Assembly: GCA_034226945.1 (NCBI GenBank)
Contig: CP120458.1
Span: 434,001-498,000, forward strand
Direction: 5' to 3'
Length of the DNA stretch: 64,000 bases
Source: Picochlorum sp. SENEW3
Taxonomy: Eukaryota
Position 1 is the first letter of the stretch. Each line of letters opens with the position of its first letter. Below, one piece after another: positions 12,061 through 23,594 of the stretch. The notes under the pieces are model-generated. The model saw only the letters and a list, made by a program, of their open reading frames with translations. It did no database searches and was not told the DNA's origin. The position numbers and the translations under genes are program-made.

Positions 12061-12176
12061 ATCAGCATCCTGTTTTCATCCAGATCAGTCTTTCCTCAAA
12101 ACATTGTTCTCTGCAATCCCATCATGGTTTTTCTTACATGGCACCATATTCAAACGCCGGGCATGGGAATGACTGA

Positions 12177-13418
12177 TTAGATGGTCATTCCTGACCATTT
12201 GTTTCTGTTACTGATCGTGCTTTCCATCTGTGCGCAAGCATTTCGCAGTGTTTCAAATGCTCGAACTAGATTATGAGGGGTCTTGGATCCTGTACAAGCC
12301 GCAATCTGGATTGAGACGGCATCAATGTCATCCATGTCTGAGTGCCATTGGACATCACCCGTTTCTGTTGAATGCTCTGAACCAGTCATGGAAACACGCG
12401 ACTGCAGTGAACGCTGTTCAGATACTGGATCTAGATTCATAAAAATATGCAGCTTTGCTCTTCTTTCGTTCGATTCTTTCTCCTGATGTGCAATCTCAGT
12501 GCTTCGAAAGTGTTCCATCTGCAATACTTGGTCTCTCCAAGATGTGTACCATTCTTCCTTGTCTTTCACACTCTGTCGCCTAATCTTCTCAAGAGAGCGT
12601 TTCATTTGATCTTTTGATTCGATGCGACTCAAAATATCGGGGACGAGTGAAGCCATTTCCTGGGCAATGCAGAAGAGCTCATGATTCCTCTTGTGCTGCA
12701 GCTCATCAAAGAGTATCCTTTCCTTGCGGAGTCCGTCAATAGATGTACGCAAAGATCGACATTGTAACTCTGCCTCCCCTTTGGTGATATTGGACTGGTA
12801 CTTTTGATCTTCTAGGCGTCGAACCCTCTTCTCAGCCAAGACAGTCTCTTGATACAGAGCATCTGGACACCCTGCCTCCGCCCTACGGTCTTCCAGGGTT
12901 CTTTGGACTATGTGAAACCTATTGATCTCTCTTTGTATATCATTACGCAGCTGTTGGAGCCGATTCTCCAAGTTTCTGTCCTGAACCTCCAGAGCCACCA
13001 GAGCACTGTGCTGGTTTCCATGAGGACCCCTCGAAGGTGCGTCACAAATGTCGAAAAGAAGTGCCTTCAAGTGGTCATTTTCATGCTGAATGGAATCTAG
13101 GGCAAACCTACAGCACGACGAAACGATATCCAAGTCATGGAACCATCCCACAAGTCACCCAAGAGAGCTCACCTTCTGGACTCTGTATGACTCTTCATTC
13201 TGTGCCAACCAATTGTTGTTAATGGATTTGGATACGACGCTATCAATGTAATCTTGTCTACCTATATATCTGGTTGACTCGTGTACGTCGGCATGATCAA
13301 GGGTTTCTGACTCGGCACCTGAATCAATCAAGATACCCAGGTATCCGTCTCTTGAGACATGTCTGATGCCCAGCCATTTGTGTAGCATTTGATCCACATG
13401 ATGCCCATTCAATTTCAC
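12177..13418 (-). CDS. Outer dynein arm docking complex subunit 2-like coiled-coil protein (ODA-DC2/CCDC114 family); ends uncertain
   Basis: RVRRLEDQ...LRTSIDGLRKERILFDEL...EMASLV...KEEWYTSWR parallels the conserved DC2 block (LENRL...LRESINNLRRERIMF...EWRQL). Confidence 0.6.
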
Positions 13419-13614
13419 ACGTAAGAATTTATTTCAGAAAAGATAAACCCAGCCTCAAGTACTTATTCTGTTGGAAATTGCGCCATCATTCGACGTGCTT
13501 GATCCACTCGAATCGCTCCTAGCGTATTCACACCGATTGGTTTAGCATCCTGGAGATAAGATCCAGATTGGTATTTAACATAGTTTGGTATTTTGATACA
13601 GAAAACAAGGAGAT

Positions 13615-15608
13615 ATGGGTCGTGAGGCAGAAACCCCAGAGAAGGCTTTAGGGTGAGTGCCCTTTCACGATATTCTTCTTTAAGCAGGGTTGCATGAATT
13701 AATGATCATGGATGATTATGCAGATATGTGCGTAAAGTATCCGGGCCTGTGGTCATTGCTGCAAACATGGGTGGCAGTGCCATGTATGAGCTGGTTCGGG
13801 TTGGGACGGATAAGCTCATTGGAGAGATTATTCGCTTGGAGAATGATACTGCTACTATTCAAGTGTATGAGGATACATCGGGGTTGACAGTTGGGGATGT
13901 TGTGGTTCGAAGTGGAAAGGTGTGTGTTTTGAATTGATTGTACAGGACTTGCTGTCGGGTGATGTATGTCTCATGGTTCTTTTGGTTGCAGCCATTGTCT
14001 CTGGAGCTTGGTCCAGGAATTCTTGGAACGATTTTTGATGGTATTCAACGTCCATTGAAGGATATTGCTGTGGGGAGTGGGTCCTGCTTCATTCCACGTG
14101 GTGTGGATGTTCCAGCTCTGAATCGCTCTGCCTTGTGGGATTTTGAGCCCACCAATTTTAAAGTTGGAGACAGGATAACGGGTGGCGATATCTATGGTAT
14201 TGTTCATGAGAACTCGCTCATGGACCATCGCGTGATGCTTCCTCCAGCGGCTCGAGGAAACATTTCTTACATTGCCCCACCGGGCCAGTATTCCCTAACT
14301 GACAAAGTGATTGAAATCGATTTTGGTGGCGAGAAGAAGGAGTACTCCATGTTACAGATGTGGCCTGTGCGTGCACCGAGACCTGTGGCAAAGAAGATGC
14401 TGGCAAATACTCCGTTATTGACGGGTCAAAGGGTTCTAGATGGGTTGTTCCCTGCAGTCTTGGGAGGGACATGTTCTATCCCAGGTGCCTTTGGCTGTGG
14501 CAAGACAGTCATTTCGCAGGCTTTATCAAAGTATTCAAACTCTGATGGAATTATCTATGTCGGATGTGGAGAACGAGGGAATGAAATGGCTGAAGTGTTG
14601 ATGGACTTTCCACAGTTGACCATGACTTTGCCGGATGGAAGGGAGGAAAGCATTATGAAGAGAACAACCTTGGTTGCCAACACGTCCAATATGCCGGTAG
14701 CAGCGAGAGAAGCCTCAATTTACACCGGAATCACTTTGGCAGAATACTTTAGAGACATGGGTTACAATTTCTCCATGATGGCAGATTCCTCATCGCGCTG
14801 GGCTGAGGCCTTGAGAGAGATCTCAGGTCGCCTGGCCGAGATGCCTGCTGATTCTGGTTATCCTGCCTACCTAGGTGCCAGATTGGCTTCATTCTACGAG
14901 AGAGCAGGACGGGTGCAGTGCCTTGGTGGTCCAAGTAGGGAGGGAAGTGTTACCATTGTTGGTGCAGTCTCTCCTCCTGGAGGGGATTTCTCTGACCCAG
15001 TGACCACCGCCACCCTTTCGATTGTCCAAGTATTTTGGGGACTGGATAAAAAGCTTGCGCAGAGGAAACATTTTCCTTCTGTGAACTGGCTCATTTCATA
15101 CTCAAAATATGCCAAGGCTCTGGAACCCTTCTATGACAGTTTTGATCCAGAATTTGTATCAGTCAGGAAGACTGCACGAGAGATTTTGCAGAAAGAGGAC
15201 GATTTGAATGAAATTGTGCAGCTCGTAGGAAAGGATTCTCTCGCAGAAAATGACAAGGTCACGCTCGAGGTTGCCAGACTCATCAAAGACGACTTTTTAC
15301 AGCAAAACTCCTTCACAAAGTATGACAAGTACTGTCCTTTCTACAAGACTTCCAATATGCTCCGCAATATGATAACGTTCTACGATGTTGCGAATGAAGC
15401 CATCGAACGGTCCAGTGCATCAGGGTCTGACTCGCAAAAATTGACGTACAATGTGATTAAGAATAGACTGGGTGACCTTTTGTACAAGCTCGCATCACAA
15501 AAGTTTGAGGATCCTGCAGAGGGAGAAGAAGCTCTCAAGACAAAGTTTCAGGCGCTGAATCAGGAAATTCACGAGAGAATCGCCTCCCTTGAAGAAGAAT
15601 ATAGATGA
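13615..15608 (+). CDS. VHA-A: V-type H+-ATPase catalytic subunit A
   Basis: P-loop [27 protein letters not shown]. Two N-terminal introns and no intein. Confidence 0.98.
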
Positions 15609-15830
15609 GTATATATTTTTGACTTTTGTAATCGTCATGTGTTCTATTGACAGATGTACAAAATTTGAATTCTATCCCGGGTCAAGTCATGATACCGAAT
15701 TACTTTGGTCCCGATGCATCCCGAGCGAGGTGTGCGAAAAATCCCATGAGACACAGACTGGCCACAAGGGGTGGTATTCCAATTCCAACTTTATCCAAAG
15801 TCAACAGAACTTTGATTAATACTTATCAAA

Positions 15831-16573
15831 ATGCCTATCAAAGGAGACAAAGCGCCAGCGAAGAAGGTAGGGGCTCACAACCTCACAGTCTTTCGGTTCA
15901 TGTCTTTGTTGTGCGACCGTGGGACATGAGACCTTGACTCTGTATTTTCTCTTCATCTATACATGAATAACTATATTGTGTATCATTTGAGCGCACCGTT
16001 TGCCCGAGAAAGGGGCTGGTGTGGATCGACAGTTACTGACCGTTTGATCGTCGTTGTGCAGACGGCCAAGAAGGTGGCTGAGAAGAGAGGTGCTCGCAAG
16101 AAGACCTCTTCAAAGGTATGGATGGTTTTGATATTGTATCATTGCATCCCATTGCGGGCGTGGCTATGCAGCATGCCTGATGCCATGTTGTTGTTAGCAG
16201 CCCAGTGGACACGTACATGTTGAACCTGAATAATCATGTCCGTTCTCTGATTGCTCCATTAACGTCATATAATGGTGTTTTCTTGTTCTTGCTGCAGTCG
16301 GAGACGTACAAGATTTATATCTACAAGGTGCTGAAACAGGTTCACCCAGATACTGGTATTTCCTCCAAGGCCATGTCCATCATGAACTCCTTCATCAATG
16401 ATATTTTCGACAAAATTGCCAACGAAACCACCAACTTGGCTCGCTACAACAAGAAGCCAACTGTTACGTCGCGCGAGATCCAAACTGCTGTCCGTCTTAT
16501 TCTCCCAGGAGAGCTCTCAAAGCACGCCGTCTCTGAGGGAACAAAGGCTGTGACCAAGTTTACCACCGGCTAA
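15831..16573 (+). CDS. H2B: Histone H2B with two introns
   Basis: [16 protein letters not shown]...[29 protein letters not shown]...AVTKFTTG. Confidence 0.96.
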
Positions 16574-16754
16574 GCCACATTGTCATCAGACAATGGATAA
16601 TGATGGTTTCATCACATGACTTTCGCATACGCTGACTGAACTCATTGATGGCAGTGAACCATACATGTTGTGCTCCATTGCAAAATCGTGGTGCTTTCTG
16701 TGTGTTGAATGTAAATTCATGTATCTGTCATCGATTGCTGTAACATTACATACA

Positions 16755-17504
16755 CTAATATCTATATTTGGTTGAATAATCCTTTGGAGAGATGACCAGA
16801 CCCCTACCCTTCCTGGCACCTCGATACACTGTCTCAACAATGTCTATAAATTCCTGTTTGTCAGTCATGGCCCAGTTGATTTTGTTATTGTTTCCCGTAC
16901 CAAGATCAATCATGATATGCTGCAGAGTCATATAATTAAGTTAGTAGTAGATGATCGACGATTGTGCTGTCCATGCCAACACGTGTCATTGCACACAGCA
17001 TGCTTGCCCTCCTTCAATACAAAACAATGGAGAAGGCAGCAATGACACTCAAGTTGCATGGACAGACGTTGCTGTAGCAAAGTGACTGCCTTGGATGTGA
17101 TGGGCATAGGACACAGATCCAAGGTAATTTCTTTGCATCGACATCGAGGATAGTCAACGCACCTTGTTACGAAAAAAAAACATGACTGTGCAAGGGTCAT
17201 ACAGTTCATACATGGCATTGAAATCTGGCACCTCTGTTATATCTACGAGGTATATAACAGCAAAGTTTTTTATTTTATCTGCCACAGAGGCCAATGTCTC
17301 ATCCATTTGCATGCAGGTGTCATCCCAGTCATGCCCAAATCGGACAACGACAACTCTGGACTCTTCCTGCAACGAAATACAAGAACCTACTGGATCAGTC
17401 ATGGCATAGAGAAACGAATTACTCATACAGTTCCAAGTACATACAGTCAAAATGGCCTGATCCACGGCAAAACCAGAATGAAGATGAGGCAGGAGGAAGC
17501 TCAT
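16755..17504 (-). CDS. DIM1: U5 snRNP thioredoxin-like protein Dim1/TXNL4A, 3 exons
   Basis: MSFLLPHLHSGFAVDQAIL..RFGHDWD..YELYDPCTVMFFFRNK|HIMIDLGTGNNNKINWA...SPKDYSTKYRY*. Confidence 0.97.
16960..17138 (-). ncRNA. Candidate intronic box H/ACA snoRNA in DIM1 intron 2
   Basis: Hairpin (GCAAAG/CUUUGC plus CCUUGGAU/AUCCAAGG around a 6x6 pocket), H box ACAGCA (17070-17075), second hairpin with two 10-bp stems, then ACA (16963-16965), all upstream of the branch point ACUAAC. Confidence 0.6.
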
Positions 17505-17553
17505 GTTTTATGATTTCATTGGCATTGCCCTCGACAGAAACAGATGTTATCTA

Positions 17554-20313
17554 TTACAAATTTAATTTTTTTCTTACTGCTGTATGGACGCACGCTGCTA
17601 CAGAATCCCATTGTCCATCGGATTCGAATTGGGACTTGTATCCAGAAATGATGTGTGCCATCTGGGAGGGCAAAGGGTCCTTTGGTGTATGGCTCCATGT
17701 TGCAAAGCATTCGCATATACCTGCAAAGTGGGATTTGGCGGCGAGAGGATTGGCATTGATGACGCTGCACAAGCCTTCCTGAGCATCCTGCTTTTCCTCT
17801 CCATCTCTCAATCCTCGGAGTGCAGCACACCACCCACCCATGAAAGCTGATGCGTGGGGGGCAATTGTTTCCGGTGTGGAATTGCCAATTTGCCCCAAGC
17901 ATACTGCTGCGTTTTCAACCAGGCTCCTCGGAAGCACGCCGACAGGGGCTGTGAGGATTGGCAGCAGTCGTTCAAGTGATAATATGGCAAATTGAGCAAC
18001 ATCTTGAGAGGAACATTTCTTTGCAACAACTCCTAATGCCCAGACAGCATTATTGCAGGCGTCAATAGTATCCCCTGTTATATTTTCTGGCTTTATGCAT
18101 TCTAGAATAGCTTCCATGAGAGGAGAGAGAAAGGGCAAGAGTTCTAGCATGCAGGCATCTGCCAAGTCACCAACGAGTCCAAAGGCACTCTGGCGTAAAG
18201 CAGGACTTGAGTGCACGGAGACTTTGACCAATAGCGATCCCAAGGAACTGCTAGAAAACAAAGGGGCAATGGATGGGCCCAAACCTTGAATAATGCCGCT
18301 CAAGGTGTCTAGTGTATGCTCTATGAATTTGACCTGTTCCTCTGGGTCGACTGGTGTGGCATCTCCAGCGTAATAATATCCTTCAGCCAACGACATGCAC
18401 GAGTGGAATACATTTTGGGCATATGGAAGAAGTGATGATCCAGCTTCAGACCCAACTGTCCCAATACAGTCAAGTAATGGCAGAATCTCAGGGTCTTCAG
18501 CAGACGCACGAGATGCCTTGAATGTATCCAGTTTACTAAAGAGCGAGGGCAACAGAATATCCGCATATTCTTGCCTCTGTATTATCTCACAGCTTGATAA
18601 TGCTATGATACTGATTGAATCGTACACTGCTCTCAAAGATCCCTTCCCATAATGCTGGAGTCCAAATGACAAGGCACTGAATATTTCTGGAATGTATGGC
18701 TTGATCAATACTGGATCTTCCTCAACCAGAGTTGCCAAGCTACCACAGGCAGCTATTTGTACTATTTTATTGCGGTCTTTCACGACTCTATCTATGATAC
18801 CATGGGTTACTCTCTCTAATAACGTTCCATCACCCTCTGATGTGTTGCTATACACGTGTCTGGAATACCTTGTCAACGTCCAGCAAGAGATGCAGCGAAT
18901 CATCGGCCGCTGATCGACAAGACCAGGCAAGACAGCTGATATTATCGCATGCGTATGTTCCTTCAAACCAGTATGGCACCCATTGCTTACAGCCCCAAGT
19001 GTCAATATGGCTGCTTCCCTCGCTTTCCAATTCCCTTGCTGCAGATTACTCTCCACAACAGGAAGCAGTGTCGGTAGAATATCATCCCCTAGGAGCCCCG
19101 AAAGCATGTCAAGACCGGCAGCAGAGCTTTTCCTGAGGTTCCATTCAACATCTGCCTCCTGATCCTTCTCCATGTCACCATCCTTGCTGCTCGGTGCATG
19201 TGACACGGATGCATGAAGATGAGGCCGTAATTCGGAAGCACTCTCCCTCTTCTCTTCCTCGTATGCTTCTGCTTCAGCAACTTGCTCATCGAACTCATCA
19301 AACTCCATATTCTTCACCAATAGCGGAATGAGTCGAGGCACAAATGGTTTCAGCAATTCCCCATCAAAACCTGCTTCAGGAAACACCGACCAGAATTCAG
19401 ACGCTTCTATAGCAACATCATGATGTGGATCTTGCATAGCATCGATCATGTACTGAATTAAAAGCGACAGCTCCCCCTCAAGTTGAGATGGCGCCAACTC
19501 GGACAAATGAATCAATCCGATGCACACCACTCGTCTCACAGCAGCCTCTGGATGATGCGCCAACGAGAACACCCCCGCCTTGTACGCAGAAATCAACTCA
19601 TCCATCTTTGAAGATTGATTGAACAAAGCATAATTCAGTATAGTGATGGAGGCCACTTGAATGTGTACGACAGCATTCCCCATCTGTGCCAGAACCAATG
19701 GCAACAGACAATCATTCGCACTCGTAGAATCTCCCACATCCTCCTCCATCCTCCCAGGAGAATCCTCCCATGTCTTTTGAATAGCATTCAATGCACCATC
19801 CATGGCACATTCATCGCCAGAATTCAAATACATCTGTAAATCACGCAGCAGAGAAGGCCACTTTGAAAACCCCAAGCAAGACGCCAGTGTTGCCACACAT
19901 GTTGCAGCAGTATGCCTCAATGTCCGATCCGCACATCGCAGCCCATGCACTAGAATCTGTTTCACCGTCTCAACAACATCAGGGACAGCATTCGACACAA
20001 TAATATGCCTCAGACTATTCTTCAGAAACAACCCTGCACTCTGCCTTACAGCCCCAGCAAGCCCATCCCCTGACACCAATATATATGCCAAATAACTCGG
20101 GTAATCTCGGTATGAGCTACACCATTCCTCCAAATGGGATAATATCTACACATGCATCAAAAACCATCTTCCGTTAAAGCACCATCCAACTAGTGCCAGT
20201 CTGTAAAATCCATCCCGCACCTGGTGCTGATTGGCCCCTGGACTTTGAAATTCACTCAGCAACCCAGCAACCCTCTGAACACACCCATCATCTGGTTTCC
20301 AACCATCATCCAT
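17554..20313 (-). CDS. TNPO1: Transportin-1 (karyopherin beta-2)
   Basis: VRQSAGLFLKN, EASEFWS, acidic loop, WNLRKSSAAGLDMLS, WKAREAAILTLGAVS. One 5' intron. Confidence 0.93.
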
Positions 20314-20668
20314 TTCTCAAACAGTATTAATCCATGCAATAGAGAATCCGTTCATCCTATTCTTCTTCTTCTTCTGTTGAATCAGTCACAGAATTCGACA
20401 AGAGATGTTCCCAATCACAGTCTTCTCCCTCTTACTTTAAATTCTGTGTAAACAACAAGGATAACTCTGCTTTTTTGACTAGGCAAACAATGCATGCATG
20501 CAGAACTGAGTTCAGCATGGAGGATGCACTCCTTGATTGGAAAAACAAAATTCCTTTTCTTTTTTCTCGCTGTCTCTCTCTCCGATTGCCAAAACACTCT
20601 TTTCACAGATGGAAGGTGCATCGTTGATTTATAATTAAGAATAGCATTGCTGGTGGTTTCATAGAAGG

Positions 20669-22609
20669 ATGGTACGAGCGACAAGGAGTCGCAGGGCTGC
20701 TTCAAAGAAGGCAGACAAGGACAATGACTCTCCGGCGGAAAAACCTGCAACTCGAAGGGGTAGGAGGTCGAACATTGAACAAACTGAGACCAAGGGGGGA
20801 GGGTCGAGAGGAAAGGGTAGGAATGCGTCACGGGCGGGTTCAAAAAAGGATTCTTCATCTCTTCCGACAAAGGTACAACCTCAGAGCAGTGGGAATGAGA
20901 AACTGACAATGGCACAGAAGAAGAATAGGAAGAAAAAGCTTCGGAAGGCAGCGAAGAGGGTGGAAAGGGAGCAGGGTTGTATTTTGTTTTCTGGAGGGAG
21001 AGATGCTGGGGACAGCATTCGCAATGATTTTGAGGTAGAATACGTTGCTCCGCCTACGGAGATGGTTTTGGATACACTAAAGGTAAAAGATGAGAATGGA
21101 ATTGAGAGAAAAGAAGATCCGGCTGTTTTGGAAGAGTTTGCAAAGATATTGCAGAGGTTTGGGAACCCTGAGAGCAGCAGTGTTCCTGAGGAGGAAAGAG
21201 CTCATCATGGATCACGTTCTGGTGATGAGGGCCAAGGAAATGATGTGGGACACCAAGATACGGAGGGTGAATTACGGGGGTCAAGGAAACAGAAAAGGGG
21301 GATGAAAAGGATGACTATTGGAGAGTTGAAGCAGGCCTGTTTGGTGCCCGAGATTGTGGAGGTATGGGATGTCACGGCGATGGACCCTCTGATGTTAGTG
21401 TATCTCAAGGCATATAGAAATACGGTTCCGGTTCCTCGGCACTGGAGTCAAAAGCGAAAGTATCTTCAGGGGAAGAGGGGGTTGGAAAAGCCCCCCTTCA
21501 AGCTACCTGCTTTTATTGCTGCGACTGGGATTGGCGAGATGAGACAGGCTTATTTAGAGAAGGCAGAAGAACAGAATATGAAATCAAGAGGTCGGGAACG
21601 AACTCAGCCTAAAATGGGCAAGCTGGATATTGATTATAGAGTGCTGTATGATGCATTCTTTAGGCATCAGCAGAAGCCCTTGCTGTCAAATCCTGGAGAG
21701 TTGTACTATGAAGGAAAGGAATTTGAAACAGCTCATTTGAAAAAGTTTAGGCCTGGGGTTCTGAGCGATTCATTATCGGAGGCTTTGGGAGTCCAAAGAG
21801 GAGCACCTCCTCCTTGGCTCGTTGCAATGCAGCGATATGGTCCGCCACCCAGCTATACATCTCTTCGAATCCCGGGATTGAATGCCCCTATTCCTCCGAA
21901 TGCACAGTTTGGATATCATCCTGGAGGCTGGGGTAAGCCACCTGTGGATGAATTCGGCAATCCAATCTATGGAGATGTATTTGGGGAGCAGGTGGATGAC
22001 GACGAGGAGGAAGACATTCATGTGATCCATTGGGGTGAAGCAGACGAAGAGGAAGAGGAAGAAGAGGAGGAGGAAGAAGTATCTGAGAGTGATGAAGATG
22101 CTGAAGAAGAAGAAGAGGAGGAGGAGGAAGAGGAGGACAAGGCTCATGTAGCGGGTGATGAGGCAGAGCAAATAGCTGGTCACATCTCAGGACTGGAAAC
22201 CCCTGCTGAAGTGCAAATACGAAAAGAAGACACTTCTGATCGCCAACAGAAGCAGCTTTATCAAGTACTAGAGCAGAAAAAGGTCGACATGACCAGCACA
22301 GGAATCATGGGCTCTGATCATGTCTACAATGTCCCAAGCAAAAAAAGTCTCTCAGGTGTGGCAGCAAAAAGATTAGAAGCGCTACGACGAGGCATTCCAG
22401 AAGATTATGAAATTTCAATCGATCCTGCTGACTTGGAGTCCCTTGATGACGCTTCCCTCAAGGAATTGTACGATGCCAAAGTAGCAGAGCATAAAGCATC
22501 CTCTGGTACACAGGATTTCTCGGATTTGGTCGCTGCAAGAGCTGCTTCTGACAAGAAACGAAAAGCTGGCAATGCTTCTAATTCAAAAGATAAAAAATTC
22601 AAATTTTAG
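20669..22609 (+). CDS. SF3B2: Splicing factor 3B subunit 2 (SAP145/Cus1)
   Basis: RNTVPVPRHWSQKRKYLQGKRG, PPPWLVAMQRYGPPPSY, C-terminal KKFKF. Glu-rich tract at about 22046-22137. Confidence 0.96.
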   Translation: MVRATRSRRAASKKADKDNDSPAEKPATRRGRRSNIEQTETKGGGSRGKGRNASRAGSKKDSSSLPTKVQPQSSGNEKLTMAQKKNRKKKLRKAAKRVEREQGCILFSGGRDAGDSIRNDFEVEYVAPPTEMVLDTLKVKDENGIERKEDPAVLEEFAKILQRFGNPESSSVPEEERAHHGSRSGDEGQGNDVGHQDTEGELRGSRKQKRGMKRMTIGELKQACLVPEIVEVWDVTAMDPLMLVYLKAYRNTVPVPRHWSQKRKYLQGKRGLEKPPFKLPAFIAATGIGEMRQAYLEKAEEQNMKSRGRERTQPKMGKLDIDYRVLYDAFFRHQQKPLLSNPGELYYEGKEFETAHLKKFRPGVLSDSLSEALGVQRGAPPPWLVAMQRYGPPPSYTSLRIPGLNAPIPPNAQFGYHPGGWGKPPVDEFGNPIYGDVFGEQVDDDEEEDIHVIHWGEADEEEEEEEEEEEVSESDEDAEEEEEEEEEEEDKAHVAGDEAEQIAGHISGLETPAEVQIRKEDTSDRQQKQLYQVLEQKKVDMTSTGIMGSDHVYNVPSKKSLSGVAAKRLEALRRGIPEDYEISIDPADLESLDDASLKELYDAKVAEHKASSGTQDFSDLVAARAASDKKRKAGNASNSKDKKFKF

Positions 22610-22677
22610 CCACCGTACAGTGCCAATAGTAGGGAAAATAACAAGTCAAGGGTGACAGATTCAACTCGGCTGGCACG

Positions 22678-23513
22678 ATGAGTGCGGTAATTGCCCTTTC
22701 GAGGGCATTCATCTACCAGCCGAAGAGGGTTTGGACCTCGTATTTGCAAATACTAGAGAAGAAGCCAGTCCAGACGAAGATATCCACATCCATAGCGGCA
22801 GCTTTTCTGGGAGACACGATTGCTCAAAGGCTTAGCAAACGCAAAGAGGACGTTAAATGGAGGTACTGTGTGCTCATCGGTTTATTACATTGAATCTGTA
22901 AATCATATGATACAGCGACTCGAGTGTGGGTGACACTCTTGGGTTTACCATGGGTTCTCAGGGCTGAGTTCTTAGTTGACCCATATTTTTATGCATGTGC
23001 AGGCCTGATTGGGGGAGAACCGCTCGCCTCTGTGCTTTCAATGGAGCTATGGGGTTGTTTGGGCACTACTACTATGCGATATTAGATAAAACCGTGGTGA
23101 TTGGGACAGCTAAGAGTGCCGTAACTGTTCTGGCCAAGGTTGGCATTGACCAATTTATCTTTGCACCAGTCTGTACCATGCTATTTTATCTGTTCAAAGT
23201 GTCGACGGAAGGACGCCCATCGGAGTTTATTGGAGAGATGCAGGCAAAGTATGTACCAACTCTTGTTGCTGGATGGAAGCTGTGGCCTGCAGCGCATGTT
23301 GTAAATTTCCTGTTCATCCCGAACCAGCACAGGATTCTGTATACAAATATAATATCTGTTGCTGGAACGTATATTTTATCCATGGCGGCAAGCGGGGATC
23401 ATACGGCACAGAAAAAAGATTCAAAGAAGAAGACAAAGAAATCTGAACGCATCCTTGAGGCAGATGGTCCAAATGAAGTACTTTTCGACGGTGTTACGGT
23501 CAAAATTGATTGA
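22678..23513 (+). CDS. Mpv17/PMP22 family membrane protein, 2 exons
   Basis: GDTIAQ, DWGRTAR, KVGIDQFIFAP, WKLWPAAHVVNFLFIP. Confidence 0.9.
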
Positions 23514-23594
23514 TATAGATTATGATTTTGATGGTCACAGGGTAATAATAAATATATATGTATCATTGTTATTGGGTAAATAGGGTCTGGACTG

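Noticed and set aside
12070..12092. CUGAUCUGGAU (minus strand) resembling a TPP riboswitch segment
   Set aside because: No CUGAGA, UAAU loop or AGGGA, and the neighbours are not thiamine genes.
13938..15608. Intein in V-ATPase A (VMA1 site)
   Set aside because: GCGERGNEM is contiguous and the length is normal.
22046..22137. GAR-rich tandem repeat
   Set aside because: It encodes the ordinary acidic tract of SF3B2.
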